Source of the DNA: a candidate division WOR-3 bacterium
GTDB taxonomy: Bacteria; Hydrothermota; Hydrothermia; Hydrothermales; Hydrothermaceae
Assembly (NCBI GenBank): GCA_039803745.1
Contig: JBDRZD010000004.1
Location: 1-45,409 of the forward strand
Length of the DNA: 45,409 bases
Direction of reading: 5' to 3'
Shown here: positions 28,398 to 39,746 of the stretch, piece after piece
Numbering within the stretch: position 1 is the first letter of the stretch
Layout of the letters: each line of letters starts with the position of its first letter
The notes under the pieces: generated by a model
Seen by the model: the letters and a program-made list of their open reading frames with translations, nothing else
What the model was told of the DNA's origin: nothing
The model's database searches: none
Translations under genes and position numbers: made by a program

Positions 28398-29039
28398 TCC
28401 AAGCCTTATATGTAATCTATCAGAATAATTGAAATTATATTTTTTACATAACTTTATAACAATCTTTGATTTTTCTTCAAGTTCTTTCTTTGTTTTTGCA
28501 CATGGCATAAGATAAACTCTCCTATTATCTATCTTTAATTTTTTCACTTCTTCAATAACTTCCTTTATATCAATTTCTTTATCAATCACATATTTAAAAT
28601 AACTCTTTTTATTTTTTGCAAACCATTTTAAAACTTTAAAATTCAGTCTTTTTTCCTTTTTTTCACCTGAATTGGAGAGTTTAGGTGAGACATTATATTG
28701 ATCTATATATTTATCAAATTCTTTCAACGGAATTATTGTTCCGTTTGTTTCAATTTCAATAAACTTTTTTATACTTTTAACAAGGGGTAACAAATTTTTC
28801 TGCCATAAAAGTGGTTCACCTCCTGTAATAACAATATTTGGTATATTAGTTTTTTTAATAATCTCAAAAATTTCTTTTACATTTTTCCATTCAAATTTTG
28901 GATTTTCATAAGTATATTTTGAATCACAAAAAGAACATCTTAAATTGCAAAATGGAAGCCTTAAAAATATGCTTAAAATTCCTTGATTTTTCCCTTCTCC
29001 TTGAATGCTCTCAAATATTTCAACTATAGGAATTTCCAA
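28389..29039 (-). CDS. queE: 7-carboxy-7-deazaguanine synthase (radical SAM)
   Basis: EIFESIQGEG, CNLRCSFCDS, ITGGEPL, IETNG, NVSPKL, RLH. TTG start. Confidence 0.9.
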   Translation of the reverse strand: MEIPIVEIFESIQGEGKNQGILSIFLRLPFCNLRCSFCDSKYTYENPKFEWKNVKEIFEIIKKTNIPNIVITGGEPLLWQKNLLPLVKSIKKFIEIETNGTIIPLKEFDKYIDQYNVSPKLSNSGEKKEKRLNFKVLKWFAKNKKSYFKYVIDKEIDIKEVIEEVKKLKIDNRRVYLMPCAKTKKELEEKSKIVIKLCKKYNFNYSDRLHIRLGLP

Positions 29040-29044
29040 AATTT

Positions 29045-29242
29045 TTAAAGATAGGGTAAAATTTTTTTAATTTTTTTCTCGTCCCCTCCTGAAAGATAGG
29101 CAGGCTTTCTAAGCCTTCTTTTTCTTTTTGGGTTTTTACTCTGGGCAAGATGGGAATGAAACGCTCTATATCTTTTTATTTTTCCCTTAGCTGTTATTTT
29201 AAATCTTTTAAGAGCGGATTTTTTAGTTTTTATCTTTGGCAT
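29045..29242 (-). CDS. rpmI: 50S ribosomal protein L35
   Basis: MPKIKTKKSALKRFKITAKGK...KRKRRLRK...LPY. Confidence 0.97.
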   Translation of the reverse strand: MPKIKTKKSALKRFKITAKGKIKRYRAFHSHLAQSKNPKRKRRLRKPAYLSGGDEKKIKKILPYL

Positions 29243-29265
29243 TTTTTTCTCCTTTTAAGGTTTTA

Positions 29266-29311
29266 ATTATATATCTTTACCCTTGACAAATTCAATTTTA
29301 CCCTGTATTTT
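29266..29311. promoter_or_regulatory. Overlapping divergent sigma70 promoters (rpmI / grpE-dnaK operon)
   Basis: Plus: TTGACA(29283-88)-N17-TATTTT(29306-11). Minus: TTGAAT(29295-90)-N18-TATAAT(29271-66). Confidence 0.6.
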
Positions 29312-29325
29312 TAAAGTGTTATTTT

Positions 29326-29826
29326 ATGAATCTAAACGATTTAAGAAAAGAATTTTTAAAAATAATTGAAGAAAGTAAAGATTATAAAGAACTTTATTTA
29401 AGAACATTAGCAGATTTTAAAAATTATAAAAAAAGGCAATTAGAGGAGATGGAGAGAATTAAAGATTTAACAAAGGGAGAAATTATATTGAAAATTATTC
29501 CTGTAATTGATAATTTTGAAAGGGCAATGTGTGTTGAAATGAATGATAATAATTTTGAAAGTATTAAAAAGGGAATAGAAATGATATATAAGCAATTTTT
29601 AAATATTTTAGAAAAGGAAGGAGTTAAGCAATTTTCTTCAATAGGTGAGAAATTTGATCCTTCAAAGCATGAAGCAATTGGTATTGCTTATGATGATAGT
29701 AAAGAGGAAGATACAATTTTAGATGAAGTTGAAAAGGGTTATTATTATAAAGATAGTTTATTAAGGCCGGCAAAGGTTATTGTTTCAAAAAAAATGAAAA
29801 AAGAAGGAGGTGATGAAAATGGCTAA
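29326..29826 (+). CDS. grpE: Nucleotide exchange factor GrpE
   Basis: [37 protein letters not shown]....LLRPAKVIV. Confidence 0.96.
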   Translation: MNLNDLRKEFLKIIEESKDYKELYLRTLADFKNYKKRQLEEMERIKDLTKGEIILKIIPVIDNFERAMCVEMNDNNFESIKKGIEMIYKQFLNILEKEGVKQFSSIGEKFDPSKHEAIGIAYDDSKEEDTILDEVEKGYYYKDSLLRPAKVIVSKKMKKEGGDENG

Positions 29827-31717
29827 GGCAGTTGGAATAGATCTTGGGACAACCTTTTCAGTAATTGCAATCATGGAAGGTGATGAACCAAAGGTAATTG
29901 TTAATAAAGAAGGAGGAAGAATAACTCCTTCAGTTGTTGCATTTAAAGAAACAGGTGAAATAATTGTTGGGTCTGTTGCAAAAAGGCAAGCAATTACAAA
30001 TGCAGAGAATACTGTTTTTTCAATTAAAAGATTTATGGGAAGAAGATATGAGGAAGTTTTAGATGAAATAAGGAGGGTTCCTTATAAAGTTATAAGAGGA
30101 CCCCATGATGATGCAAGAGTTGAGATTAGAGGGAAAATTTATTCACCACCTGAAATTTCAGCGTTTATATTAAGATATTTAAAAGAAAGTGCTGAGAGTT
30201 ATCTTGGTGAGAAAATAACACAGGCTGTTATAACTGTTCCTGCTTATTTTAATGATGCACAGAGACAAGCAACAAAAGATGCAGGAAGAATAGCTGGTCT
30301 TGAGGTCTTAAGGATTATAAATGAACCAACAGCAGCAGCACTTGCCTATGGACTTGAAAAGAGAAAGAATGCAAAGGTTGCAGTTTATGATCTTGGTGGA
30401 GGAACTTTTGATATATCAATTCTTGAAATTTCAGAAGAAGGTGTTTTTGAGGTAATTGCTACAAATGGAGATACCCATTTAGGTGGTGATGATATAGACC
30501 AGAGAATTATGGAATGGCTTATTGAGGAATTTAAACAGGAGACAGGGATTGATATCAGGAATGATAGGGCTGCACTTCAAAGACTTAAAGAGGCAAGCGA
30601 AAAGGCAAAGATAGAACTTTCAACCCTTATGGAGACAACAATATCTTTACCATTCCTTGCATCTGATGCATCAGGTCCAAAACATCTTGAAAGAATTCTT
30701 ACCAGAGCCCGTCTTGAAGCAATGTCAAAAGACCTTATAGAAAGAAGTATTGAAATATGCAGAAGATGTCTTGAAGATGCAAAGTTGACTCCAAAGGATA
30801 TTGATGAAGTTATTCTTGTTGGTGGACAGACAAGGATGCCACTTGTTCAAAAATATGTGAGAGAATTTTTTGATAAAGAACCGCATAAAGGAGTAAACCC
30901 TGATGAAGTTGTTGCACTTGGTGCAGCAATCCAGGCAGGTATTCTTGTTGGCGAGGTTAAAAAAGATATTGTTCTTTTAGATGTAACTCCACTTTCCTTA
31001 GGTGTTGAAACACTTGGCGGAGTTATGACTGTTTTAATTCCCAGAAATACAACAATTCCAACAAGAAAATCAGAAATATTTACCACAGCACAGGATAATC
31101 AGACTGCTGTTACAATCCATGTTCTTCAGGGTGAGAGACCACTTGCAAAGGATAACAGGTCCTTGGCAAGATTTGAACTTTATGGAATTCCTCCTGCTCC
31201 AAGAGGTGTTCCACAGATTGAAGTTACCTTTGAAATAGATTCTGATGGAATACTTCATGTTTCAGCAAAGGATCTTGCCACAAATAAAGAACAGAAAATA
31301 AGGGTTCATGCCTCATCAGGTCTTACAGAAGAAGAGATTCAGAGAATGGTAAAAGAGGCAGAACTTCATGCAGAAGAGGATAGAAGAAAGAAAGAACTTG
31401 TTGATTTAAGAAATCAGGCTGATGGATTTATCTATACTATTGAAAAAACTTTAAAGGATATATCTTCAAGAGTGCCCCCTGATAGATTGCAGGATGTCAA
31501 AAATAAAATAGAAGAATTAAGAAAAGTAATGAATAGTGAAAATGCAAGTGAAATAAGAAATAAACTTCAGGCTCTTCAAGAAGCATGGTATAAAGCAACA
31601 GAAGATGTATATGGAAGACCTGGAAGAAGTTATGAAGAGACAAAAAGTAAAGAAGAGGATAAAGGGAAGGAAAAGAAAGATAAGGCAGTTGATGCAGATT
31701 ATGAAGTTGTTGAGTAA
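29819..31717 (+). CDS. dnaK: Chaperone DnaK
   Basis: [44 protein letters not shown] at 29819 after SD GGAGGTGA. Confidence 0.99.
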   Translation: MAKAVGIDLGTTFSVIAIMEGDEPKVIVNKEGGRITPSVVAFKETGEIIVGSVAKRQAITNAENTVFSIKRFMGRRYEEVLDEIRRVPYKVIRGPHDDARVEIRGKIYSPPEISAFILRYLKESAESYLGEKITQAVITVPAYFNDAQRQATKDAGRIAGLEVLRIINEPTAAALAYGLEKRKNAKVAVYDLGGGTFDISILEISEEGVFEVIATNGDTHLGGDDIDQRIMEWLIEEFKQETGIDIRNDRAALQRLKEASEKAKIELSTLMETTISLPFLASDASGPKHLERILTRARLEAMSKDLIERSIEICRRCLEDAKLTPKDIDEVILVGGQTRMPLVQKYVREFFDKEPHKGVNPDEVVALGAAIQAGILVGEVKKDIVLLDVTPLSLGVETLGGVMTVLIPRNTTIPTRKSEIFTTAQDNQTAVTIHVLQGERPLAKDNRSLARFELYGIPPAPRGVPQIEVTFEIDSDGILHVSAKDLATNKEQKIRVHASSGLTEEEIQRMVKEAELHAEEDRRKKELVDLRNQADGFIYTIEKTLKDISSRVPPDRLQDVKNKIEELRKVMNSENASEIRNKLQALQEAWYKATEDVYGRPGRSYEETKSKEEDKGKEKKDKAVDADYEVVE

Positions 31718-31733
31718 CGGGGTGTAGAGGAAG

Positions 31734-32900
31734 TTGGTTAATCAAAAAAAAGATTATTACGAGATTCTTGGTGTTCCAAGAAATGCAACCCCTGAAGAAA
31801 TAAAAAAAGCTTATAAAAGGCTCGCTTTAAAATATCATCCTGATAGGAATCCTCAAAATAAAAAAGAGGCTGAAGAAAAGTTTAGAGAAATTTCAGAGGC
31901 CTATGAAGTACTTATGGATCCAGAGAAGCGGGCTTTGTACGATAGATATGGACATGAAGGACTTAAAGGAAGATTTGGGGAAGGTGGATTTACATGGAGA
32001 GATTTCACTCATTTTGATGACCTTGAAGATATATTTGGAGATATAAGAGAAATATTTGAGAAATTCAGTTTTGGAGAAGATATATTTGATATATTTTTTG
32101 GGAAAAGAAAAGTAAGAGAAAGAAAAAAAGAGAGCATAAGGAGTTCTCCTGGTGAAGACTTAAGGATTTATGTTCCTTTGACTCTTGATGAAATCTATAG
32201 TGGTGCTGAAAAGACAATAAAAGTAAAGAAATATGAAGTATGCTCTGAATGCAATGGGAAAGGTGCAAAGGAGGAAGGGTGGAAAAGTTGTCCTATTTGT
32301 GGTGGAAGAGGCATGGTTGAGAAAATTAGTTCTACTTTTTTTGGGCAATTTATTCAAAGGAGTACCTGTCCTAACTGTTTAGGAAGAGGTGAAATTCTTT
32401 CTTCACCATGCCCTGCTTGTAAAGGGGAAGGAAGAAAAGAAACAGAAAAATTAATAAAAGTTAATATTCCAAAGGGTGTAAGGGATGGAAATTATATAAC
32501 TTTGAAAGGAGAAGGGAATGCTGGAATAAGAGGGGGTCCTCCAGGTGATATTTTGTTGTATATAAAAGAAAAAGAACATAAATTTTTTAAAAGAGATGGG
32601 GATGATTTATATGTTCAAATTGAATTAACACCTTCCCAGATTATTTTGGGGGACAGGATTTCTATAAAGCATTTAAACGGTAAAGAGGTTAGGGTTGAAA
32701 TTCCTAAAAATATAAAAGAGGGGAAAAAAATAAGGATAAAGGGTGAAGGAATGCCAAAACTCAGTGGAGGATACGGGGATTTTTATATTTATATAAAAGT
32801 TAAAATTCCGGAAAAGATAACGAAGGAAGAAGAAAAATATTATAAGGAAATATTAAAGATTGAAAAAGAAAGGAAAGAGGCAAAAGAAATATTTGAATAA
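31734..32900 (+). CDS. dnaJ: Chaperone DnaJ
   Basis: [12 protein letters not shown], four CxxCxGxG repeats; TTG start. Confidence 0.98.
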   Translation: MVNQKKDYYEILGVPRNATPEEIKKAYKRLALKYHPDRNPQNKKEAEEKFREISEAYEVLMDPEKRALYDRYGHEGLKGRFGEGGFTWRDFTHFDDLEDIFGDIREIFEKFSFGEDIFDIFFGKRKVRERKKESIRSSPGEDLRIYVPLTLDEIYSGAEKTIKVKKYEVCSECNGKGAKEEGWKSCPICGGRGMVEKISSTFFGQFIQRSTCPNCLGRGEILSSPCPACKGEGRKETEKLIKVNIPKGVRDGNYITLKGEGNAGIRGGPPGDILLYIKEKEHKFFKRDGDDLYVQIELTPSQIILGDRISIKHLNGKEVRVEIPKNIKEGKKIRIKGEGMPKLSGGYGDFYIYIKVKIPEKITKEEEKYYKEILKIEKERKEAKEIFE

Positions 32901-32901
32901 T

Positions 32902-33618
32902 ATGGAAGAAAGATATTTTTATGTATCGCCTGATAAAATTTATAAAAATGAGGTGATAGTTGAAAATGAGGAATATTATCATCTTTATAAAGTTCTTAGA
33001 AAAAAGAAAGGTGATCTAATTCACGTAGTTGATGGCAAAGGTAATGATTATTTAGTAAAAATTGAAGAATTTAAAAATTGTAAGGCAATCGGAAAAATTT
33101 TAGAAAAACATTTTATGCCAAATGAAACAAATAGTTTTTTTGCCCTCGGAATTGGTATTATAAAAGGAGAAAGAATGGACATGATTTTTGAAAAAGGAAC
33201 AGAACTCGGTGTTTCTGCTTTTTATCCAATTTTATCTGAGAGAGTAGTTGTAAATCCAAAAAATTTAAAGATAGAAAGATGGAGAAAGATAGTTTTGAGT
33301 GCGATGAAGCAATCAAGAAGGAGTATTTTACCTTATGTTTATGACCCCCTTCCTTTAAATCAATTTTTAAAGGAAACAAAGAACTTTGATACCAAAATTT
33401 TGCTTGATGAAGAGGGAGAAAATTCCTTTGAAATTAAAGAGAATTCTGAAAAAATTTTAATTGTTGCAGGTCCTGAGGGTAGTTTTACAAAGGATGAAAA
33501 AAAACTTTTTGAGCAAGAAGGTTTTTTTAAAGTTAAGATGGGGAAAAGAATAATGAGAACAGAAACCGCCATAATTGCCGGTCTTTCAATTTTTGTTTTT
33601 TTAAAAAAGGAGATTTAA
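32902..33618 (+). CDS. rsmE: 16S rRNA m3U1498 methyltransferase
   Basis: HLYKVLR, EKGTELGV, AMKQSRR, GPEGSF, RIMRTETA; ATG 32902 preferred. Confidence 0.95.
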   Translation: MEERYFYVSPDKIYKNEVIVENEEYYHLYKVLRKKKGDLIHVVDGKGNDYLVKIEEFKNCKAIGKILEKHFMPNETNSFFALGIGIIKGERMDMIFEKGTELGVSAFYPILSERVVVNPKNLKIERWRKIVLSAMKQSRRSILPYVYDPLPLNQFLKETKNFDTKILLDEEGENSFEIKENSEKILIVAGPEGSFTKDEKKLFEQEGFFKVKMGKRIMRTETAIIAGLSIFVFLKKEI

Positions 33619-33957
33619 ATGGAGTGTTTATTTTGTAAAATAATAAATAGGGAAATAGAATCAGAGGTAATTTATGAGGATGAAAAATGTATGGCAATAA
33701 GGGATATAAATCCACAGGCACCATCCCATATTTTAATTTTACCAAAGAAACACATTCCTTCTTTAAGAGACGTAAAAGAAGAAGATATTTATCTTCTTGG
33801 ATATTTATTAAAAATTGCGAAGGAAATTGCATTAAAAGAAAATCTTTTTGATGGTTTTAGAGTGGTTATAAATGATGGGGCAAGAGCAGGGCAGAGTATT
33901 TTTCATTTGCATATACATTTACTGGGCGGCAGGGTTATGAAATGGCCGCCGGGATAA
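33619..33957 (+). CDS. HIT family nucleotide-binding protein (HinT-like)
   Basis: CLFCKI, DINPQAPSH, GQSIFHLHIHLLGGR, WPPG. Confidence 0.96.
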   Translation: MECLFCKIINREIESEVIYEDEKCMAIRDINPQAPSHILILPKKHIPSLRDVKEEDIYLLGYLLKIAKEIALKENLFDGFRVVINDGARAGQSIFHLHIHLLGGRVMKWPPG

Positions 33958-33983
33958 AATTAAAAGAAAGGAGGTGATATAAA

Positions 33984-34178
33984 ATGACAGGGGTAAGGCT
34001 TAAAGAAGGTGAAAGCTTTGATTCCCTTTTGAAAAGGTTCAGAAAAGTTATAACACAGGATAAAATTTTACAGGAAGTAAAAAGGCTTGAGTTTTATGAA
34101 AAGCCTTCAGAGAAAAAGAAAAGGCTATTGAGTGCTGCAAGAAGAAAGATGTTCAGAAAGATGAAAAGCCTAAAATGA
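33984..34178 (+). CDS. rpsU: 30S ribosomal protein S21
   Basis: ESFDSLLKRFRK...EFYEKPSEKKKR; SD AAGGAGGTGA. Confidence 0.95.
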   Translation: MTGVRLKEGESFDSLLKRFRKVITQDKILQEVKRLEFYEKPSEKKKRLLSAARRKMFRKMKSLK

Positions 34179-36400
34179 ATTATAGTTTTGAAATAGAAAA
34201 GATTTTTGAAATAATAGGAAGAAACCTTTACACTTTTCCTGGAAAGGAAAGGCTCTTTAAAATAAAACCTTTTAATAATGAAGAAGAGATAAGAGAAGAA
34301 TTTTTAAAAATAAAGGAAATCAAAAAAATAAAAGAGGAGGGGGAATTTTTCTTTAATTTTCCTGATCTCTCCAATTTTGAGAAAGAACTTTTAAAAGAGA
34401 AAATTTTTCTGCCATCAGAACTTTTTAAATTTTTAAAATTCTTTGAAGGAGTAAATGAGTTATATAAAAGAATAATCAAAAGTGAATTTCTAAAAGAAAG
34501 ATTTTTTTTAGAATATAGTAAAATACAAGAAGTTATTTTTGAATTAAAAAGGATTTTTGATGATAATGGCGAGATAAAAGACAATGCGAGTCCAGAGCTT
34601 TTTAAAATCAGGCATGAAAAAAGGAAACTTTTAAATAAAATATTTAATTTACTCAAAAATAAAATTGAAGAAATAAAAGAGACAGGATTTTTAAATGATG
34701 AGAATATAAGACTTCAAGAAGGAAGATTTACAATCCTTTTAGAAAGTGCTGTTGCAAAAAAATATGGAGTTGTCCATGGATACTCAAGGAAAGGTTTTTC
34801 TGCCTATGTAGAACCTTTTGAATCAATTGATATTCAGAATAGCTACAAAGAAATAGAGGAAGAAGAAAGAAAAGAAATAGAAAGAATATGTTTTTCTCTT
34901 TCAAAAATTATATGGGAAAATCTCCCGAGAGTTAAAAAAATATATGAGGAAGTTGGAGAAATTGATCTTTTAAATGCAAAGGTTCTTTTTTCAGAGATTA
35001 TAAAAGGCGAAGAGCCCATTTATAGCAAGAGAAGATTTTTCAATTTAAAGAATGTTTATCATCCCTTACTCTATCTTTCAAAAAAAGATGTGGTTCCTTA
35101 TAACTTTGAATTGTTAGAAGATGTTGATATATTCATAATATCAGGACCAAACGGTGGTGGAAAAACAGTTTTTCTTAAAACACTCGGAATAATAATAAAT
35201 ATGCTTAAATATGGTATACCCGTTCCTGCTGCTTCTTCTTCCCATTTTTATTTACCAAACAAGATATACGGAATCGGCTTTGAAACACAGGGCTCAATAG
35301 AGGAAGGAGAATCAAATTTTACTTCTCATTTAAGGTCTTTTAAAGAAATATTAGAAGAGGATGATAACGATATTCTTGTTCTTGTTGATGAGTATATGGC
35401 ATCAACTGATCCCCAGCAAGCTTCTGCACTCGGTTTTTCAATTATAAAAGAGTTTTTAAATAGGGGGATAAAGGGATTTTTTGTAACCCATTTAAACGGA
35501 ATAAAAATTCTTGCCTTCAAAGAGATGAATAATAAAATTAAGAATGTTTCTTTTGGTTTTGATAAAATAAAAATGATGCCAACTTACAAATTAAGTATGG
35601 ATAAATTTGAAGAAAGTTATGCCTTTGAAATTGCTGAAAGGGTTGGTATTAAAAAAGAAATTATTGAAAGAGCAAGAAACTATGATATGGATATGGGTAA
35701 AATTTTAAAAGAAATGAAGGAAAAGGTAGAATTTTTGGAAAAGGAATACAGAAATTTAATTGAAGAAGAGAGGAAGAAAATAGAGAAAGAAAAAGAGGAA
35801 TTCAAGAGAAAAATGGTAGAAAGAATTAATGATATGGAAAATGAGATTAAACAAATAATAGAAGAAATAAGGAGAGAGAAAAGCGAGAAGAAAATTAAAA
35901 AAGCAAAAGAAAAAATAGTTTATTATAAAAAAATAGTTCAGGATAAAGGAGCTCAAGAAATAAAAATAGGTGAATTTTATGTGATTGATGGATTTAAAGG
36001 TTATGGGGAAGTTATAGCAATAGAGAAAAACAAAGTTTTAGTGAAAATAGGAGACTTAAAAGTTTGGGTGGAGAAAGAGAAATTGTCTCCTTTAAAAGAG
36101 AAAAAAGAGATAGAGGATAAGGAAAGCAAGTTTGTGTTCATTCCACCTATTTCAAGTTACTCAATATCAATAAGGGGTCTTAAAAAAGATGATGCATTAT
36201 ATGAAGTGGAAAAATTTATCTATGATTCCTATTCAAAAGGGCTTCAAGAAGTAAGAATTATTCATGGAATAGGTGATGGTATACTTAAGAATGCTCTCTG
36301 GGAATATTTAAAAAAGATTAAATTTGTAGAAGAATTTTTTCACCCCCCTTATAATGAAGGGGGTTATGGTGTAACAATTGTTAAATTTAAAAATGATTGA
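34175..36400 (+). CDS. mutS2: MutS2 family ATPase with C-terminal Smr domain
   Basis: IKDNASPEL..IR, SGPNGGGKT, LVDE...TDP, coiled coil, KOW-like segment, RIIHGIGDGILK, EGGYGVT. Confidence 0.9.
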   Translation: MNYSFEIEKIFEIIGRNLYTFPGKERLFKIKPFNNEEEIREEFLKIKEIKKIKEEGEFFFNFPDLSNFEKELLKEKIFLPSELFKFLKFFEGVNELYKRIIKSEFLKERFFLEYSKIQEVIFELKRIFDDNGEIKDNASPELFKIRHEKRKLLNKIFNLLKNKIEEIKETGFLNDENIRLQEGRFTILLESAVAKKYGVVHGYSRKGFSAYVEPFESIDIQNSYKEIEEEERKEIERICFSLSKIIWENLPRVKKIYEEVGEIDLLNAKVLFSEIIKGEEPIYSKRRFFNLKNVYHPLLYLSKKDVVPYNFELLEDVDIFIISGPNGGGKTVFLKTLGIIINMLKYGIPVPAASSSHFYLPNKIYGIGFETQGSIEEGESNFTSHLRSFKEILEEDDNDILVLVDEYMASTDPQQASALGFSIIKEFLNRGIKGFFVTHLNGIKILAFKEMNNKIKNVSFGFDKIKMMPTYKLSMDKFEESYAFEIAERVGIKKEIIERARNYDMDMGKILKEMKEKVEFLEKEYRNLIEEERKKIEKEKEEFKRKMVERINDMENEIKQIIEEIRREKSEKKIKKAKEKIVYYKKIVQDKGAQEIKIGEFYVIDGFKGYGEVIAIEKNKVLVKIGDLKVWVEKEKLSPLKEKKEIEDKESKFVFIPPISSYSISIRGLKKDDALYEVEKFIYDSYSKGLQEVRIIHGIGDGILKNALWEYLKKIKFVEEFFHPPYNEGGYGVTIVKFKND

Positions 36401-38051
36401 TTTTGGAATTGATGAAATAATTTCAAGAATTTCTCCTGTTGATGTTATTTCTGAATATTTAGAATTAAAAAAATCGGGTAAAAATTATATGGCCTTATGC
36501 CCATTTCATCCTGATAAAACACCTTCCCTTTCTTTTGATCCGGAAAGAGGGCTTTTCCATTGTTTTGGTTGTGGAAAATCAGGAAATCTCGTTCAATTTA
36601 TAATGGAGATCGAAGGTATCACATTTTTTGATGCCCTTAAAAAACTGGCAGCAAAAGCAGGAATTGAGATAAAACCTACAAAGTATTCAGAAAGAAGAGC
36701 AAAAGTTTTTGATGTATTAAAATGGGCAAAGGATTTTTATCATTCCCTTCTTTTAAGCTCTGAGGGAGAAGAAGCAAGAAATTATTTGAAGGAAAGAAAT
36801 TTGAGTATGGGAACAATAAGAGTTTTTGAAATAGGTCTTGCAACAGGTGAACCTGATAGAATTTTAAAAGAAGCAAGGAAAAGGGGTATTGATCCATCGC
36901 TTCTTTTTGAGGCAGGTCTTGTTGCAGAAAGCGAAAGTAATATTTTAAAAGACTTTTTCAGGGAAAGGATTATATTTCCAATTTTCAATGTTTCAGGAAC
37001 ATGTGTTGGAATGGGTGGAAGAACACTTCCCTGGAAAAATGAAGAGCCAAAATATCTAAATTCAAGGGAAAGCCCTTATTTTAATAAGTCCCGTCTTTTA
37101 TATGGACTCTGGCTTACAAAGGAAAATATTAAAAAAGAGGATAAGGTTATCATTGTTGAAGGTTATATGGATTTGATAAAATTATATCAATCAGGGATAA
37201 GGTGTCTTGCTGCACCACTTGGAACAAGTTTAACAGAAGAACAATGTCAGATAATTTCAAGATATACAAAAAATGTATTTCTTTTATTTGATAATGATCC
37301 AGCAGGTAAAGCTGCTATGGAAAGGGCTGTAGCCCTTTCACTTAAATATTCCTTAAAACCAAAAATAGTTGAAATTGAAGATAGTAAAGATCCTGACGAA
37401 TTTATAGAAAAATATGGAAAGGAAAATTTGAATAAAAAAATAGAAGGTGCAAAAGACTTTCTTGGAGTTTATTTAGAACATTCAGATGATCCTTCAATTA
37501 CAAGAAAAAATATTGATAAATTGATTGAGTTTATAAGAGAAATCCCTGACGAAATAGAAAGAGAGATTTATCTTTCAAAAATTGCTTCCTTTTATTTGCT
37601 TCCTTTAAATGCCCTTAAAACCAAAATGTTAACAAAAACATATTTAAGGGATAGAGAAAAAAGAGTTTCCTCTGAAATAATAGTTTTTCTTCATTTACTC
37701 AATTCGGATAAAAATTTAAATGAAATTATAAAAGATTTTGAGCCTGAAGATTTTGATAATTTAATACTTAGAAAAATAATAGAGAAGATGAAAAAGGGTG
37801 CAGGTTTCAATGATGTGATTATGGAACTTGAAGAGAAAGAAAGAGAAATAATTATTTCTAATTTAATAAAAGTAAAAGAAAAAGGGAGAGGAGATTGGCA
37901 AGATGCTTACAAGAAATTAATTGAAAATAAAAAGAAAAGAAAGGTTAAGATTTTAAAATCACTTCTTGAAAAATATGAAAGGGAAGGAAATAAAGAAAAG
38001 GTTGATGAAATTTTAAAAGAAATTCAGGAGTTGAAAAATTTAAAAATTTGA
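36393..38051 (+). CDS. dnaG: DNA primase
   Basis: CPFH.DKTPS...CFGC zinc finger, PKYLNS, VEGYMD, FDNDPAG, KDPDE; ATG 36393 preferred. Confidence 0.97.
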   Translation: MIDFGIDEIISRISPVDVISEYLELKKSGKNYMALCPFHPDKTPSLSFDPERGLFHCFGCGKSGNLVQFIMEIEGITFFDALKKLAAKAGIEIKPTKYSERRAKVFDVLKWAKDFYHSLLLSSEGEEARNYLKERNLSMGTIRVFEIGLATGEPDRILKEARKRGIDPSLLFEAGLVAESESNILKDFFRERIIFPIFNVSGTCVGMGGRTLPWKNEEPKYLNSRESPYFNKSRLLYGLWLTKENIKKEDKVIIVEGYMDLIKLYQSGIRCLAAPLGTSLTEEQCQIISRYTKNVFLLFDNDPAGKAAMERAVALSLKYSLKPKIVEIEDSKDPDEFIEKYGKENLNKKIEGAKDFLGVYLEHSDDPSITRKNIDKLIEFIREIPDEIEREIYLSKIASFYLLPLNALKTKMLTKTYLRDREKRVSSEIIVFLHLLNSDKNLNEIIKDFEPEDFDNLILRKIIEKMKKGAGFNDVIMELEEKEREIIISNLIKVKEKGRGDWQDAYKKLIENKKKRKVKILKSLLEKYEREGNKEKVDEILKEIQELKNLKI

Positions 38052-38084
38052 AGTATTTTATAGAATATAAATTGGAGGTATAAC

Positions 38085-39746
38085 ATGGGAAGAAAAGGTA
38101 AAGAAAAGAGGGATGATTTATTAAATTCAAAAGAAGAAATACTTCATGAACTTATAAATAAGGCAAAAGAGGAAGGGAAAATCAGTTATGAAGAGCTTAT
38201 AGAAGCTACTTCCTCTTTTCCCCCTGAAGTGATTGAAGATATAATGGTTGCACTTTTTGAAAAGGGTATAGAGGTCTACGAAGAAAAAGAGGAAAAAGAA
38301 GAAATCTCTTATGATGAAGAAGAAAGTATAATAAGGATAAAGGATGACCCTGCTAAAACATATTTGAAACAAATAGGTTCTTTAAAACTTCTCACAAAAG
38401 AAGAAGAGGTTGCACTTTCAAAGCAGATTCAGGATTCAAAAGAAAAACTTGAACTCCTTCTTTTTTCAACAAAATATGGTATAGACAGGTTTATGAATTG
38501 TCTTGAAAAAATTGAAGAGGGTAAGATGCAGATTGAGGAGGTTATCCTTGTTGATTCAAATTACTGGACTTCAAAAGAAAAAAATAAAGAGGAGAAAAAA
38601 AGGGTTTATGATGGGATAAAAAAATTAAAAAAAGTATATAAATCTATATTTGAAAAAAGGTTTAAATTTATGACAGAACTTTCAAAAAGGGAGATAAATA
38701 GCCTCACAAAGGCGATCCAGAGGATAAGACCCCAGTTTTCCTTTGTGATGAAAATAATAGAAGATTTAAGAAACGAAATAATGCATCTAACAGAATATTG
38801 TAAAAATTACGAGAATTTAAAAACAAAGATAAGGGAAATTGAAAAGTCAGGTAAGAAAAGGGAAAAGAAAAAAGAGATAAAGGAAATAAAAAATAAGATT
38901 AGTGAGTATAAGAGTGTAATTGATTACTACGAGAGGTTTATAGGTCTTTCTTATGATGAAGCATGTTCTTGGATGAAAGCAACAAATGAGGTTATAGAAA
39001 GCTATCAAAAGGCAAAATCTGAAATGGTTGAAAGCAATGTAAGACTTGTTATTGGAATTGCTAAAAAGTTCTTAAATAGAGGTGTTGAATTCATGGATTT
39101 AATTCAGGAAGGAAATGCAGGGCTTATAAAAGCAGTTGAAAAATTTGATTATAAAAAAGGTTTCAAATTTTCCACATATGCAACCTGGTGGATAAAACAG
39201 TCAATTACCAGGGCAATTGCTGATACCTCAAGAACCATAAGGGTTCCAGTTCATATGCTTGAGACAATATCAAAAATATCAAAAGTTTCAAGAGAACTTA
39301 TGCAAAGATATGGGAGAGAGCCAATGCTTGAAGAGATAGCACAGGAAATGGGTTTACCAATAAGTAAAGTTAAGCAGGCTTTTGAGGTTTCTTTTCAGCC
39401 CTTTTCATTGGATAAACCCATAGGTAAAAATAAAGAGGGCGTTTTTGGAGATTTATTGGCTGATGAATTCACAAAAACACCTTTACAGATTGCAAGAGAA
39501 GGGCTTTTGAAAGAAAAAATTGATGAGATACTTTCTTCTTTGACTTCAAGAGAAGAAAAGGTTATAAGACTAAGATTTGGTCTTGGTCATCATCCTCCAA
39601 TGACACTTGAGCAAGTTGGCAGAATTTTTGGTGTCACAAGAGAGAGGATAAGGCAGATAGAGGTTAAAGCTCTCAAAAAATTAAAACATCCTTTAAGGAG
39701 TTTAAAATTAAAAAGTTATCTTGAATCAATTGAAAGAAATTATTAA
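38085..39746 (+). CDS. rpoD: RNA polymerase primary sigma factor
   Basis: Region 1.1, [12 protein letters not shown], non-conserved insertion, [29 protein letters not shown]. Confidence 0.97.
   Translation: MGRKGKEKRDDLLNSKEEILHELINKAKEEGKISYEELIEATSSFPPEVIEDIMVALFEKGIEVYEEKEEKEEISYDEEESIIRIKDDPAKTYLKQIGSLKLLTKEEEVALSKQIQDSKEKLELLLFSTKYGIDRFMNCLEKIEEGKMQIEEVILVDSNYWTSKEKNKEEKKRVYDGIKKLKKVYKSIFEKRFKFMTELSKREINSLTKAIQRIRPQFSFVMKIIEDLRNEIMHLTEYCKNYENLKTKIREIEKSGKKREKKKEIKEIKNKISEYKSVIDYYERFIGLSYDEACSWMKATNEVIESYQKAKSEMVESNVRLVIGIAKKFLNRGVEFMDLIQEGNAGLIKAVEKFDYKKGFKFSTYATWWIKQSITRAIADTSRTIRVPVHMLETISKISKVSRELMQRYGREPMLEEIAQEMGLPISKVKQAFEVSFQPFSLDKPIGKNKEGVFGDLLADEFTKTPLQIAREGLLKEKIDEILSSLTSREEKVIRLRFGLGHHPPMTLEQVGRIFGVTRERIRQIEVKALKKLKHPLRSLKLKSYLESIERNY

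Noticed and set aside
28389..29039. queE as part of a 7-deazaguanine DNA-modification (dpd) island
   Set aside because: No dpdA/tgt-like or defence genes nearby; it looks like a dispersed housekeeping gene.
29326..29826. grpE as a truncated pseudogene (166 aa)
   Set aside because: Only the variable N-terminal tail is missing; the helical and beta-domain motifs are intact.
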